Shown piece by piece: positions 35,770 through 49,270 of a stretch of 64,000 nucleotides of DNA. This DNA comes from Perkinsus chesapeaki ATCC PRA-425. Lineage: Eukaryota; Protista; Perkinsozoa. Within the stretch, counting starts at the first letter, position 1. Every line of letters starts with the position of its first letter. The stretch covers positions 1 to 64,000 of the forward strand of contig JAAPAO010000012.1 in assembly GCA_013115145.1 (NCBI GenBank). Direction: 5' to 3'. The notes under the pieces are model-generated. The model saw only the letters and a program-made list of their open reading frames with translations, was not told the origin of the DNA and did not search any database. The translations under genes and the position numbers were made by a program.

Positions 35770-35940
35770 ATATTCTACTGGTAGTGTTTGCCCAGAACGA
35801 TGGCCTGCTCCAGACACTGTGGAGGAGCTACAGTATCGGCCCTATACTATCGGGGATGGTCGCGTACATGCCATGTGGGAGTTACACCCCCGAGATCAAA
35901 CCATCCCGCGACTCGCCGGTGAATGCGACGAAACACTGGT
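35770..35940 (+). pseudogene. Degenerate partial copy of the 31263-31866 gene
   Basis: cgatggcctgctccagacactgtggaggagctac...ggggatggtcgcgta aligns with 31631-31685 (ERWPAPDTVEELQY vs KRWPVPDIVEELRY). Confidence 0.75.
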
Positions 35941-36769
35941 GGATGAAAGAGCGGTGAGCGCCTCCACCTGTCCGAAATGAGATAGAGGCAGTGAGAGGGT
36001 AACTGCAATAGATGCGATGGGGGTAGAGTCCACTCAGGGGGCGGTGCGACTATCGGGTGGGGTTATACTGATGGGTTACCAAGTCTAGCACTTGATATGA
36101 ATGAAAACCTTAAGAAATCCGCCAGGTTTATAAAAAAAGAGCCTTTCCTATTTGGGCCACTAATGGTAGCCCGCAATGATAATACGCATGCCGCGCGTGT
36201 AGATGATCGAAGCGCGCGATATATTTTTAGGCAGTGAACCGATTTGTGACCCGATATGTAGAGGTTACACTGCCTCCAGTGGGCCACTGAGACTGTCCCT
36301 GTTAAGGGAACATTTCTTGTGGGGGTGCCATAAGCAGGGAACATTTCTAAAAATTTGAGGCCCTGTTTTGCATCTGTGTGACTAGTAGTCCCCGACTACT
36401 ATGTCGTACGTAAATCGATTCTTTTGAGGCTCACACATCTGCGAGTCTTTACATGTCGCTGCTGTTGTAGTCGGTCACCGGCGTGGCGCTTCTGGTAATA
36501 GATTAGCTAAGTGTGCACGCGTGAACATGTACAGTTGTCGCGGATTTGGGTGACAGGGTTCTCGTACCTTCGTCGCAGGAGGCAGGTTTCCCTGCGCTCC
36601 GAGAGATGAGGCTCTCAGCATGGCATTGTACGGTCGAAGGCTAGGGCTTGCTTCCAGAATTGGGCACGCCTGTACAATTATAGGAATCTCAGTCGGGATA
36701 CAGTGGCCCGCCTTATTCCTTTCCAGCTCCGTTCTACTCCTTAGTGACTTTGTGTTTTTAATACAGGCC

Positions 36770-38601
36770 ATGCTCATCGCTTTCCTCTTAGTAGGAGCTC
36801 TAGCGGCAGACGAAACTTCGCCGACGTATTACTGCAACAACGAGCTAAGATGGGCCGATTGGCCACGCAGAGAAGACAAGCGCGAGTTCCAGCTGGTAGG
36901 CCCAATATGTTTGCGGCAGCAAACCTAGGAGCGAATCTATTATCCCTTCAGAACCGAGTGGCGGTCTTCGGGCGACATGGAGCGAGAGTGCTAGTCCGTG
37001 ATGAACACTGTTGGGACGGGGATGAGACGAAGTGATCAATGCTGTTTTTGACACTCTTTGGAAAATATGATGGCAGATACACTTGCCCAACTCAGACCTT
37101 TATGGGCTATGCTAATAGTCCATCTGCTGGATCCTCCCCGGGCTTCCGTCGAGTCCGAGGTAGGCATGCCATAATTCCTGGAGATAGCTGCCTAATGGGT
37201 AAATGCGGCATGAGTACATTTGACCTGCAGCCCACCTGCTTCAGGACAATTGGTAGACAGTGGAATAGAAATGCACATGAATAACGGGCAGCAGGCCGCA
37301 AGGTTCTACAAAAGAGCTCTCGGTCTCAATGATGTAACAATGCGATGTCTCCTAGGTTTCATGTGAAATCTTCAGACCCCTGACGATGACCAAGTCATGA
37401 TTCGTTCTACCGAGGTCCCTCGAGTCGTACAAAGTGCCATTGCTTTCATGCTCGGCATGTTTCCAACCCTCAACAGTAATTATTCTCTGCATATTAGCGG
37501 GCGTTTGTTCATCGCGTTCACTTTCCACAGTTACGTCGCCTTCTCTAAATATGATAATCCCTGACAGCGACGTGGATCCCATGACACCAAGACCATCGGT
37601 GAAAACAACAATACCTGAGGGCGGCCTCACCGAATGGCTACTTTATTCAGATTTGTCCCCGGTTGGCGGACGAGCTCCACAAGTTTTACAATTCTCAAGC
37701 AAAAGACGTAGTCAAACGAACACAAGCTCAGCGAGACTATATTGGGGAGCTTACCGGCCGGTCTCGCGACTTTTCTACCGAAGATCCGCGCAAGGTGAAG
37801 GCCACCTATAGTGCTTTGCTTGTAATGCTTAAGACTTCATCGCGGTAAGCCTGTTGTCGCTCCAGGACTGCCTCACAGCTCACTTCTGCCCTACAGTACC
37901 AAGCGACGATAAATCTGTCCCTCAAGGACTCGAACCAGGCAGTGCATTGTTGGTGGACATCCTCAGCAATGCCACGTACTGAACGGTGCTACGGAGTCAT
38001 CTTTGTTAACTTGCGCCACGTTCAGGTTCTGGTCCAACGGAAAGTATCGTACCTCTCCGGAGCTGATGAAGCTTGCATATGGACCGATGATCGACGTGAT
38101 CCCCCTTGAGGTGTTGTTAACTGTAATTCGAATCCTCTCAGGAATTTCTGACCGACCTGCGCGAAACGAGGCGGAGGTTCTCCCTCTATATGGGGCATGA
38201 TACCGGTCCAGCCAACTCCATAATGGATGCTCTAGGTCTGAGATGTAAGTAGTCGTGTCTTGCTATAGGTCGATCACGTATACTATCTCAATCATAGGGC
38301 AGGATACACGTAACCGGTGCTCGGACTACTGGCCCCCATTCGCCGCAATGCTCGTTATGGAATCCTACTCGGACGGACAAGTTCGTTGGATTTATAATGG
38401 GCGGGTTGCCTCCATGGATGCAATCAAAGAGTGTCATGCTCAGTAAGCGGCATGCCGCTGCTCTGTGATACTTAAGAATATCATCCTCACTCCAGGTCAA
38501 TGTGTAGCTTCGACTTGATGAGGCAACATCTGGCTGACTTTATTCCGAACTCTCATGAGTGCCAGTCGGCTTCTGAGCGCAGATCACGGTTAAGAGCATG
38601 A
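36770..38601 (+). CDS. Secreted histidine acid phosphatase copy 2
   Basis: MLIAFLLVGALAA signal, YYCNNELRWADWPRR, RHGARVL (36973-36987), LYMGHDTGP (HD at 38196-38201). Intron positions match the paralogs. Confidence 0.85.
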
Positions 38602-39386
38602 TGTCTTCATTGTGAGCTGTTTAGCAGACTATCCCCTACGTTTCATACGGGGATTATGTTCTTGTTCTCTTGTTGCTTTTGTCGTTTTGCTATCAATTGT
38701 ACCATCAGACTCCGCTTTATGTGTCCGTTGTTGGACTTAGCCCTCCCCAATTACCGACAGCACCGAGTTAGTGTTTTGCGTTTCCGAAGTGCCGCCACAT
38801 TTTCGGGGGAGGAGAAAAGGTGATGGTAACTAACTCACACTCGTGATGGGAGCTGATGGAGCCCTGCGGCGTCAGATTCACGTGTTGTATTCAGTTGATT
38901 AAGCTCGTGCACCCAACGTCCTAATTTTATTCCCAGCCCACTGCCACCCGGAGGATCCCACCGAGCGTTGATGAGATGTGGAAAGTCCAAGTTGTACCAT
39001 TTAGTTGGGGGGAGGTTAAGCAAGACAAGCGGCAATCCCATCCAACTTCAAAGGGTTTGGTCTAGCCGATCATTCTTCACTGTTCACGAAAGAAAGCAAT
39101 CCGCACATCAAACTCTGGCGATAGGAGCCTGGTTATTTGTGATGATTGCAATTAACGAAGTATCTTTTGATTTCTCCAACTAGTAAGTGGGGATGTGAGA
39201 ACTTGACCCCCCTCAAGCCCAAATCTGCACGCATGCCCAAGCTCCGCGGCGCGTATTTGAAATGCTTCGCTAAGGGATAAAACATAAGCTGGAATCCACA
39301 TGACCGTAGTAACTGCTAGAGAATGCTGCGCACACTGAGCATCGATCCCGTAATTAGGCTCTGGGATACAGTGGTCGGATCATGCA

Positions 39387-39445
39387 GCACGCCACACACA
39401 CAGCATACAGCACGATCCGTGTTGTATGCTGTGTGTGTGGCGTGC
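39387..39445. repeat. Long hairpin (28-bp arms, 3-nt loop, one G-T pair)
   Basis: gcacgccacacacacagcatacagcacg-atc-cgtgttgtatgctgtgtgtgtggcgtgc. Confidence 0.95.
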
Positions 39446-39520
39446 GTGTGATTTCATCGTTCAACGCCCCCAACAGCTTCAACTATCGGCCTTATTCTCA
39501 GCCTTTGTGTTCCGCTTCAT

Positions 39521-41511
39521 ATGGTAAGGGCCTCTTTTCTCCCAATCGTCATCGCGGCAGCTCTGGCGGCCGAAGAAGACTCCCCCATGTATTACTGTAA
39601 CAATGCGCTCGGCTGGGCTGACTGGCCGCGCAGAGGAGACAATCCCGAGGCCACCCTTGTACACTGGTTATTGTCGTATCGAAGATCCCTTGTTTCTATG
39701 TTTAGAAGCGAGTAGCAATCTTCGGTCGTCATGGAGCGAGGGTACCGTATGACGCTGACCATGCCCGGAAGTGTTGGACTGGGGATTCGATAAAGTACAT
39801 GTCCGCTCTGTTCGGGAACATACAGTACTTCTCCCTCCAGTTTCACATGCCCGACTAGAACTTTTCTGGGATACGCGAACAGTCCATCTGGAGGAACATC
39901 ACCCGGGTTCAAGCGGATTCGCGGCAGACATGCTGCTATCCCTGGGGACAACTGTCTCACAGGCAAGTGACCAGGGTCTAGTTCGCGGTATGTACAGAGT
40001 TCTTGGAGCAGGTCAACTCGTTGATACCGGAATCCAGATGCTTCTGAATAACGGGGAGCAAGCTGCAAGACTCTACAAGGATGAACTTGGGCTAGACGAT
40101 GTAGGTCGACGCATTCACTTTGCCGTAACTGATCTTATTTCAGATTCCCCAGGACCAGCATGTCATGATTCGCTCTACCGAAGTCACCCGTGTTATCCAA
40201 AGCGCAATAGCGTTCACGATTGGCATGTTTCCAGCTTTAAACAGTAGGTTGGCTCCTTTGTCATCGGCTGTTTGAGAGTGGTGCTTCTCACCGATATGCT
40301 CAGGCTCTTGGCCCTCTTTGAATATGATAATCCCCGATGAGAACGTAGATCCTATGACGCCGAAAAATTCCGTGAGAACAGCTACCCTTGGTATTAGAAA
40401 ATATCTACCTCTTGACGATCAGGTATGCCCACAGTTGGAAGACGTACTTAACGAGTTCTACGCATCGGCAGAGGGGAAAAAGGCAGTGTCCCGAACAAAA
40501 GCACAGCGAGAGTACATTGGCTACATCACCGGCCGATCTGACGACTTTTCGACTGAGGACCCTGATGACATGGGCGACCTTTACGGTGGCCTTAATGTCA
40601 GCACTTGAAGTTCAGCGGATTCGCAGACGACCGTTTCCTGTTCAGGATTGCCTTACAACACATTTTTGCCCTACTGTACCAAGTGACGATAAATCAGTGC
40701 CTCGAGGACTAGAACCCGGTGGCACCATCTATGCGGATGTCTTGAGCAATGTCACGTACGTGATATCACTCCTTATGTAACGGCAGCTCTTCGTTTTCAG
40801 GTTCTGGTGGAACGGGAAATATCACACTTCCAAAGAACTGATGAAACGTGCATATGGGCCGATTATCGACGTACTCATCTACGACTTTCCAGCTTGGATT
40901 TTCAAGGCTCGTTTTTAGGACTTTCTGGACGATCTAAGAGTGCCTGGTCGGAGGTTCTCCCTCTATATGGGCCATGACACCGGCCCTGCCAACTCTATAA
41001 TGGATTCCTTGGACCTAACTTGTAGGTATCGCTTTATGAGGGAGGATACTCACAGGAGTATGGCATGCGCAATCTCAACGACGTCTTTGGCGTTGACAAC
41101 CCAGTTCTTGTTGAGGTTAAGTTTTGCATAGAGACTCCCGTGATGTAACCACGGTGAACTATGTACTCACGGATGCATGAGCTTATTTTAGGGATCGACT
41201 CGGGTAATCGCTGTACCAGAAACCTGCCCCCCTTTGGATCCGTGCTTGTGATGGAGTCCTACTCGGACAGGCAAGTTCGTTGGGTCTTCAATGGCAGGGT
41301 TGCCTCTATGGATGCAATAGAGGAATGTAAAGCCAAGTAAGTGGCGTGGTTGGTTTCCTTGGGGACATTCTCATTGACCGAAGCCCGCAACCATTTTCAC
41401 AGGCCGACATGCAGCTTCGACCTGATGTGGAAATACTTTGCCGACCTAGTTCCGAACACCTACGAGTGCGAACCGCTCCCGAGGCACAGGTCCCGCTTGA
41501 GAAGGTCGTAG
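39521..41511 (+). CDS. Secreted histidine acid phosphatase copy 3
   Basis: MVRASFLPIVIAAALAA signal, YYCNNALGWADWPRR, RHGARVP (39727-39741), LYMGHDTGP (HD at 40973-40978). Confidence 0.85.
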
Positions 41512-41974
41512 TCGCCCACCTCAAATATTCACTTACCGTCTTTTGTCAAGTGTCCTCAAACTTGTCATGTTGTCTTCGCGTTTTTTCTTTTCAACATTGT
41601 ACTGCATTCTCACTAACGCCAAATTGTCTTGATTTTTCACTCAGCCCGTGAGTTTCGTTATACTTAAGTGCTTTATTGTAGCTCACCGTCAAGCACCAGA
41701 CCGGAACAACCAAGACCTTGGTGACTTTTCGCACTATGAAGACGTGATTTCACTTTTTGATACTCAATCGGAATGCTTGCAAAAGCCACTTGATAAATAT
41801 TGTCTCTACACGCTTCTCCTACATCTATTCTCGCCCCCAATAACTCCTCAACGCAAGTCGGAAAGCTCTACACGTAAAAAGGTAATCATACTGACAACAC
41901 TTACTCGCAACGGTAACCTCAAAAGTATAGTCTAATCGTAGCAGCTAAGGTAGACGAGATATTTGAGCCAAATA

Positions 41975-43885
<1,911 letters not shown>

Positions 43886-44061
43886 GCCGACAAAAAGAAG
43901 TGGACTGCAACGAATTCGAGAGGGGAGACATGGTGTAACACAAAGGCCAGGTGGTGATTATACTGCTTGACTAGGGTACCGAGGAACATTCTACCGGCCT
44001 TTAACGACCGAGCGTCAACTACTACTAATAACAATATCACCGATTATGCTACAATAGGCAA

Positions 44062-46680
44062 CTACGCATCGCCCGCCTCCGCTGCCGCCTGCTTCTTGCC
44101 ATCCCGACTCTTCCTTCGCTTGGAATTCACCCGAGAGTTCTTCTTTTCAGCTACGCGGCTGGCCGTCCACACTTCAGAGGAACCGTCGGCCCTCTTGACC
44201 GTCACCTGTGGGTCGGCGTCGCCCTCCCCCTGGCTGAGCTCGAATTCGCACTCCTTCGCGTCGGGCACCTTCTTGTCCAGCAAGTTGGCGATAGCGGTGT
44301 GCATGAAGGACCCCTTGGCGACTGGACCCTTGCTGGACCTCAGCACATTGACAGCCTCCGAATACAGTTTCTCATCTCGACGAGGAGGGGCTGCTGCAGG
44401 CTGCTTCTCAGCCGAGGCCGTCGATTCGCGCTTCCGCTTAGCAGGCTTGATGGGCTTCTTGACCGACTCTTCCGCGGAGGCCTCAGGAGCCCATCCGGCA
44501 TGGACCGTGGAATCTCCCCGAGCGTGCTTCATCTCCTGCGACACTTTTTGCTTAAGCTCCTTCTCCGTCACCTTGGTGACAGGCAATACAGTATCGTCGA
44601 TCTTAACCTTGCCATCCTTAAGCCAAGTGAATGACCTCCGTGATTTGGGTACACGGGTGTTGAGGAAGGCAAAGGTGGAGTTCTTCGGCCAGAGGAGCTC
44701 CACCAGCTGGGATTTGTCGCCGCCAGTAACGTTGATGGACTTTTGAAGAGCCTCAAACAGGGTCTCTGCGTTATGCCCTTCGAGGGAGCCCGTCTCAACC
44801 GATACTACAGTGCCCACCTTAGGATTCGACAACGACCGCCGGGACGACCGCCCAGAGGGAGCTGGGGAGCCGCCTACTTCTTTCGCCTTGTCCTCGTCTG
44901 ACTCTTCTGAGACAGGCTCGGTGGGCTTCGCCGGGGCGGACGGCTTGGGCCTCCCAGCTGTCTTGACCGGACGAACCTTCCGCTTCGGTGTGGTATCGGG
45001 CTGCTCTTTCTCCCCCATACCCTTCAACTCTGGCACCACCATACCGAAGTCCTCAGAACTATCAGAAGCGGCATCATCGGTCTTCTTAGCACTCGAGTCG
45101 GGGACCTATCAGACACCAAATAAAACCGTTACACTACAGCGAAATACCACCTTGGTGGCCACGGAGCTCCTCCGCTTGCCCGATGATGATGCCTTTGCAT
45201 CTTCAACAACCTTCTTAGGTGTCGTTGCGTTGGGCTGCTTCTCAACCACTTCCATCTCCTCATCAGCTGCCTTCTGCTTGGCCTTCTTAGGAGACTTCCT
45301 CACCCTCTTCGCCGGCGGTTCTTCCTCCGCTTGTTTTTTGGGCTCCTCTGGTTGTTCTTCCGCCTCCGGCTCGGCCAGAGCATGTACCGCCTCCGCACTC
45401 TCGAACACGAACTCCTCGCTGGAGTCGCTGGAATCGCTGCTGCTGTCGTTGAAAATCCACTGGCTTCCTCTTTTTGCAGCAACGACGGCCTTCGATGCCT
45501 TGGCAGATGCCTCCTCAGCCACCTTTACGGAAGGCTTCTCGTCAACCTTCTTGGCAGGCTCCTTGGACGGTTCAGCCGGCTGAGGATACTCCACAATCTC
45601 CGTAGGGGCTATCTCCGACATTTCCTCCGCGTCGGGCATGTCAGCATCTCTCGGGCTGTCACCATCAACCCCAAAATCAGGTATAGTAAACTTATAATCG
45701 TCCACGCCTCCCGATGACGAGGAAGAGTCGGAGTCATCATCCTCCACGGGCCTGCCGGTTTCCTCTTTTCCCGCTGGTTCAGCCGGCTCCGTCACAGCAA
45801 CGCTAGCTGGCTCCTCTTGTGACGCCTGAGCTTTGAGCAAAATATCCAAAGCACTGACATCTTCATTCTCAATATCATTCTTAGGGACCTGGGAAGCCGG
45901 AGCGGGCTTTGAAGCTTCGACCTTCTTAGGAGTATCCTTCTCGGGAAGCTCTTTCGGTTCGTTGTCCTTCTTAGGGGACTCCTCAGGCGCCTTGTCCCTC
46001 GCAGCTGGCTCTTTTGCTTCCTTCTTTTTCGAAGCAGACTCTTCGGGCTCCTTACCCTTTTTGGCAGACTCGCCTAGGTGCTTGTCCTTTTTAACAGTCT
46101 CCTTTTGTTCCTTGTTCTTCGCCTTATCAAGCGGCTCTACAGCCTCGTCGCTCTTCTTGGCGGTTTTCTTGTCCTTCTTTGTAGGCTCCTTCATTGCCTT
46201 GTCATCCTTCTGAGCCTCACCACTCTTCGTAGGTGACTTCTCTTTCTTATCAGTCTTCTTTTTGCTTAAAGCCGTCTTATCAATAGCAGCCTCTAGCATA
46301 TGTGCCATCTTGTTAACCTCATTAGTATCCACCGGCGCTGATGCTGCTGCCCCGGGGATAGGGTACGTGTAGTTCCTGGCCCTAATAGGGATGACCCTCT
46401 GGCTGGAATCGAAGTCAGCGTTGATGTCTCGGGCCTTCGCGGTCTTCCTGACCTCACCGACGCCGAGCTTGGGACCGGTCTTGGTGACACCAGTCATGGT
46501 CTGGCACCCGTTGTCGACAAGCTCAGGGCCGAATCTTGGTAGAGAACCGTTCGACCACGCCAGGGGAGTCTGACTGCCGACGCAACCGGAGGGATCAGCT
46601 GACATCGTCGAAGCTGCTGCCGATGCACAACTGACAGCGAATCTTCTTGGGGACAATGCTACTCTCATAAATAGCGCCAT
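44062..46680 (-). CDS. Large Lys/Glu/Ala-rich hypothetical protein (two long exons)
   Basis: ORFs 45109-46680 and 44062-45042 are separated by a short intron. Mostly charged and low complexity, with a possibly folded stretch (LFEALQKSINVTGGDKSQLVELLWPKN...FTWLKDG). Confidence 0.75.
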
Positions 46681-47338
46681 TTTCAGTCACACTGTCTTCG
46701 GATAGAATTTACAGAAATTGATCTCTGGAGTTTCTGTTCTGGAAGTAAAAATAGCATTCTGCTTTCGATTGAACACGTCGAAGTTGAGTACCATTTGGGT
46801 CAGCTAATCAACCTCAAACGTATCTTTCAGTTCAAGCTGTTACGTATCGACTTGAAAAAAATACCAATAACGTTTTCGCCTCAACACACCACCTCTATAT
46901 TTTCGCAGTACTATGCGCAAAAATAGGAGGCGCGACACCGTGCGTTGAGGAAATGCAAGATTTGCTAAGATGCGTAAGGAGAAGTCCGCTGACGCTCGGC
47001 GCTTATTTTTTTGTCACGTGCTGAGGCTGAACATTCAGTCTTTTTGAAGTGAACCTTTTGATGGCTCTGCAGGCTGTCCTCAATCAAGTTGAAGGAGCGA
47101 TCTACAAATGGACGAGACCGAGGCCGCCTCGTCTGGGAGTGGCTGTCCCGAGATCTGTAAGCTTTACCTTACTTCACTTCGTGGCCTAATGATTGATTGC
47201 TTCCAAGCGACCTGTAAAAATATCTTTTGACTACTCCGTATCATTCCTTTGCATCCATTCAACTTGCTTTCATACGTCACGTCTCGTCGACGTTCCTTTT
47301 TTCAGCCCCCCGGCACTGGCATCCTCTTCCACACCAAC

Positions 47339-47557
47339 ATGCAGACGATCCGCTACTCCCTCAGCCCGAAGGTCTGGGTCCTCGTCACCGGTGCGGGCAT
47401 AGCTGGCACTATGGCTGGCCAGAACTTTGCCCACGCTGTTCTGCTTAGCAAGAATCCTCCTAACGTACGATATCCTTGCGAGGACACGCTGAAATATTTC
47501 ATATCAGCCTCCCCGTTACCGCGAGAAGCCGCCAGTAAGGCACCCACACACTCTTGA
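47339..47557 (+). CDS. Small hypothetical protein with one hydrophobic segment
   Basis: MQTIRYSLSPKVWVLVTGAGIAGTMAGQNFAHAVLL...; preceded by a pyrimidine-rich tract. Confidence 0.4.
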   Translation: MQTIRYSLSPKVWVLVTGAGIAGTMAGQNFAHAVLLSKNPPNVRYPCEDTLKYFISASPLPREAASKAPTHS

Positions 47558-47847
47558 TGAGGATGAGGACGAGGATTAGGTAGGAAGGCCGCTCTCCGCT
47601 GTAAATCAGGTTACCCCGGTCAGATGCTCTCGGCAGCAATCTTTTCGTACATCAGCCGACCAGGCGTCACCCGCTTCAACTCGGCTGTCATATAGAGGGA
47701 CATGATGATAATCGTTGGCTAGACGATACAGTTATTATTTTATAATATATATTATTGCGTTTAATCGGTACTTCTCAAGCCCTTTCTGAAGAGTCGTTAT
47801 TACCTTGTCCAAAATTTCGTCCACTCCCTCCCCCGTATCTGCCTATA

Positions 47848-48646
47848 ATGTTTCGCTCCACCAGTTGGCTATCCAATTCAACCGCAACCGCATCTGAGAA
47901 TAGTAAGTCATATTCTCACCCCCTCCGGATGTACTTCCGTTATGTGGCAGGCTACAAAGCTCCCAGTTGCTGTGGTGGTGGTCGCACCCCGTCCGAGATC
48001 ATGGCCCGTAAGTCCCGCACTGTCAGCTGGGCCAGCGACCTCGATACGGTCATCAAGTGTCCCTCTGGAGATCCGCCGCTTTTTGAAGGTAAAGTCCCTA
48101 TTAAGTAGCCAGCCATTACCGTCTCAGGCTTATTGTGGAAGGAGAGCTTGCACTTGAAGCGTTGGAGCCTTCGTTGGTGTGTTATCCCGGCGGACAAGGC
48201 GGCAATCCTCTGTTATGTTAGAAAGGGCGATCGGAATCCTTCTGAGGTTCCCTTGGCGGCAAGCTTGCTGTAATCTCAAGTGTATCTTATCTAGATACTG
48301 GAGCTGAACCGGAATACTAGGCTGTCGGCGTATTCAGACGCCGACAGCTGGGCGGTGGAGATTGGCAATCGTGCATTGTGTTACGACTCGCAGTGCAATA
48401 CACCGGGTGGATGTCATAGAGTTTCCACGTAATTCATACCGACTTTTCCCCAAATCTTAGTATTGGGTGTGCTTTCTGTTCAGCTTTATGCACGCTGTTG
48501 GAGCTGCTATTGGATGTGATGATGGTGATTCTTTTAATGTTGGTATGGGTTTGGATTATCCTATTGCGAGATCTACCAGCAAGATGCCTAAAAAACCATC
48601 ACTGGTTCATCGCTGTGATCATCATCACCAATGTTACTTTTATTGA
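47848..48646 (+). CDS. PH-domain-like protein
   Basis: Exons PLFEGK, KRWSLRWCVIPADKAAILCY, ILELNRNTRL and FMHAVGAAI resemble the PH strands and C-terminal helix. The exon joins are tentative. Confidence 0.5.
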
Positions 48647-49270
48647 GGCTTTCAAACAGCAGCAATCGGAGGAGAAAGAATTTGAGAATGCTCCTCGTTG
48701 GTCGGCGTATGTCGATGACTCTAAACTGCAACACTGCCATACTCTCCCATATCCACTCAGCCGTTCAGGGCGACCGTTATTGTTGGTCTTGCTGATGCAG
48801 TTGAAGTTTTCATTAACATTGTCATCAACGTTGTTTGCTATTTTCTTGTCCTTTCTTCTGTATGATGTAACCGAGAGTATACTAAATGGTAAAGTAGTCG
48901 TATATCGTCTTAATTATTACAACCTATGCTACCATCCAGTATAGTCTATAACATTTATCTTTTACCACCATCACCATCATCACCCGCAGTAAAGGCCGTG
49001 CTGCCTCCATCGGCGGCCACTATAGCTATTAGGATTAAGTAGCGCGAGGCTGCGGTGGTATAAGCCAACCAGCCACAGTGGGAGTACGACAACGTCAGAC
49101 GGATTCGTCGCCAACAACTTCTAGCTGTACTTCCCACTGATGGCACTGGCTTTATGTTATAAGTCTTGTTAAAGCACTGTAATTGCTCTACTATTGCCCG
49201 TGGGTCGTCCCTTATATAATAGGGTCTACCTTATTATCATCATCTACCACCATCATCATTGTCACTACCA

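Noticed and set aside
44810-45583. Long plus-strand ORFs (257-259 aa at 43967-44746 and 44810-45583) and many similar antisense ORFs
   Set aside because: They are shadows of low-complexity coding exons on the opposite strand in GC-rich DNA and carry no independent motifs.
48498-48944. Hydrophobic 148-aa ORF suggesting a membrane protein
   Set aside because: It starts at a non-ATG codon and overlaps the likely last PH-gene exon in another frame. The hydrophobicity reflects T-rich 3' sequence.
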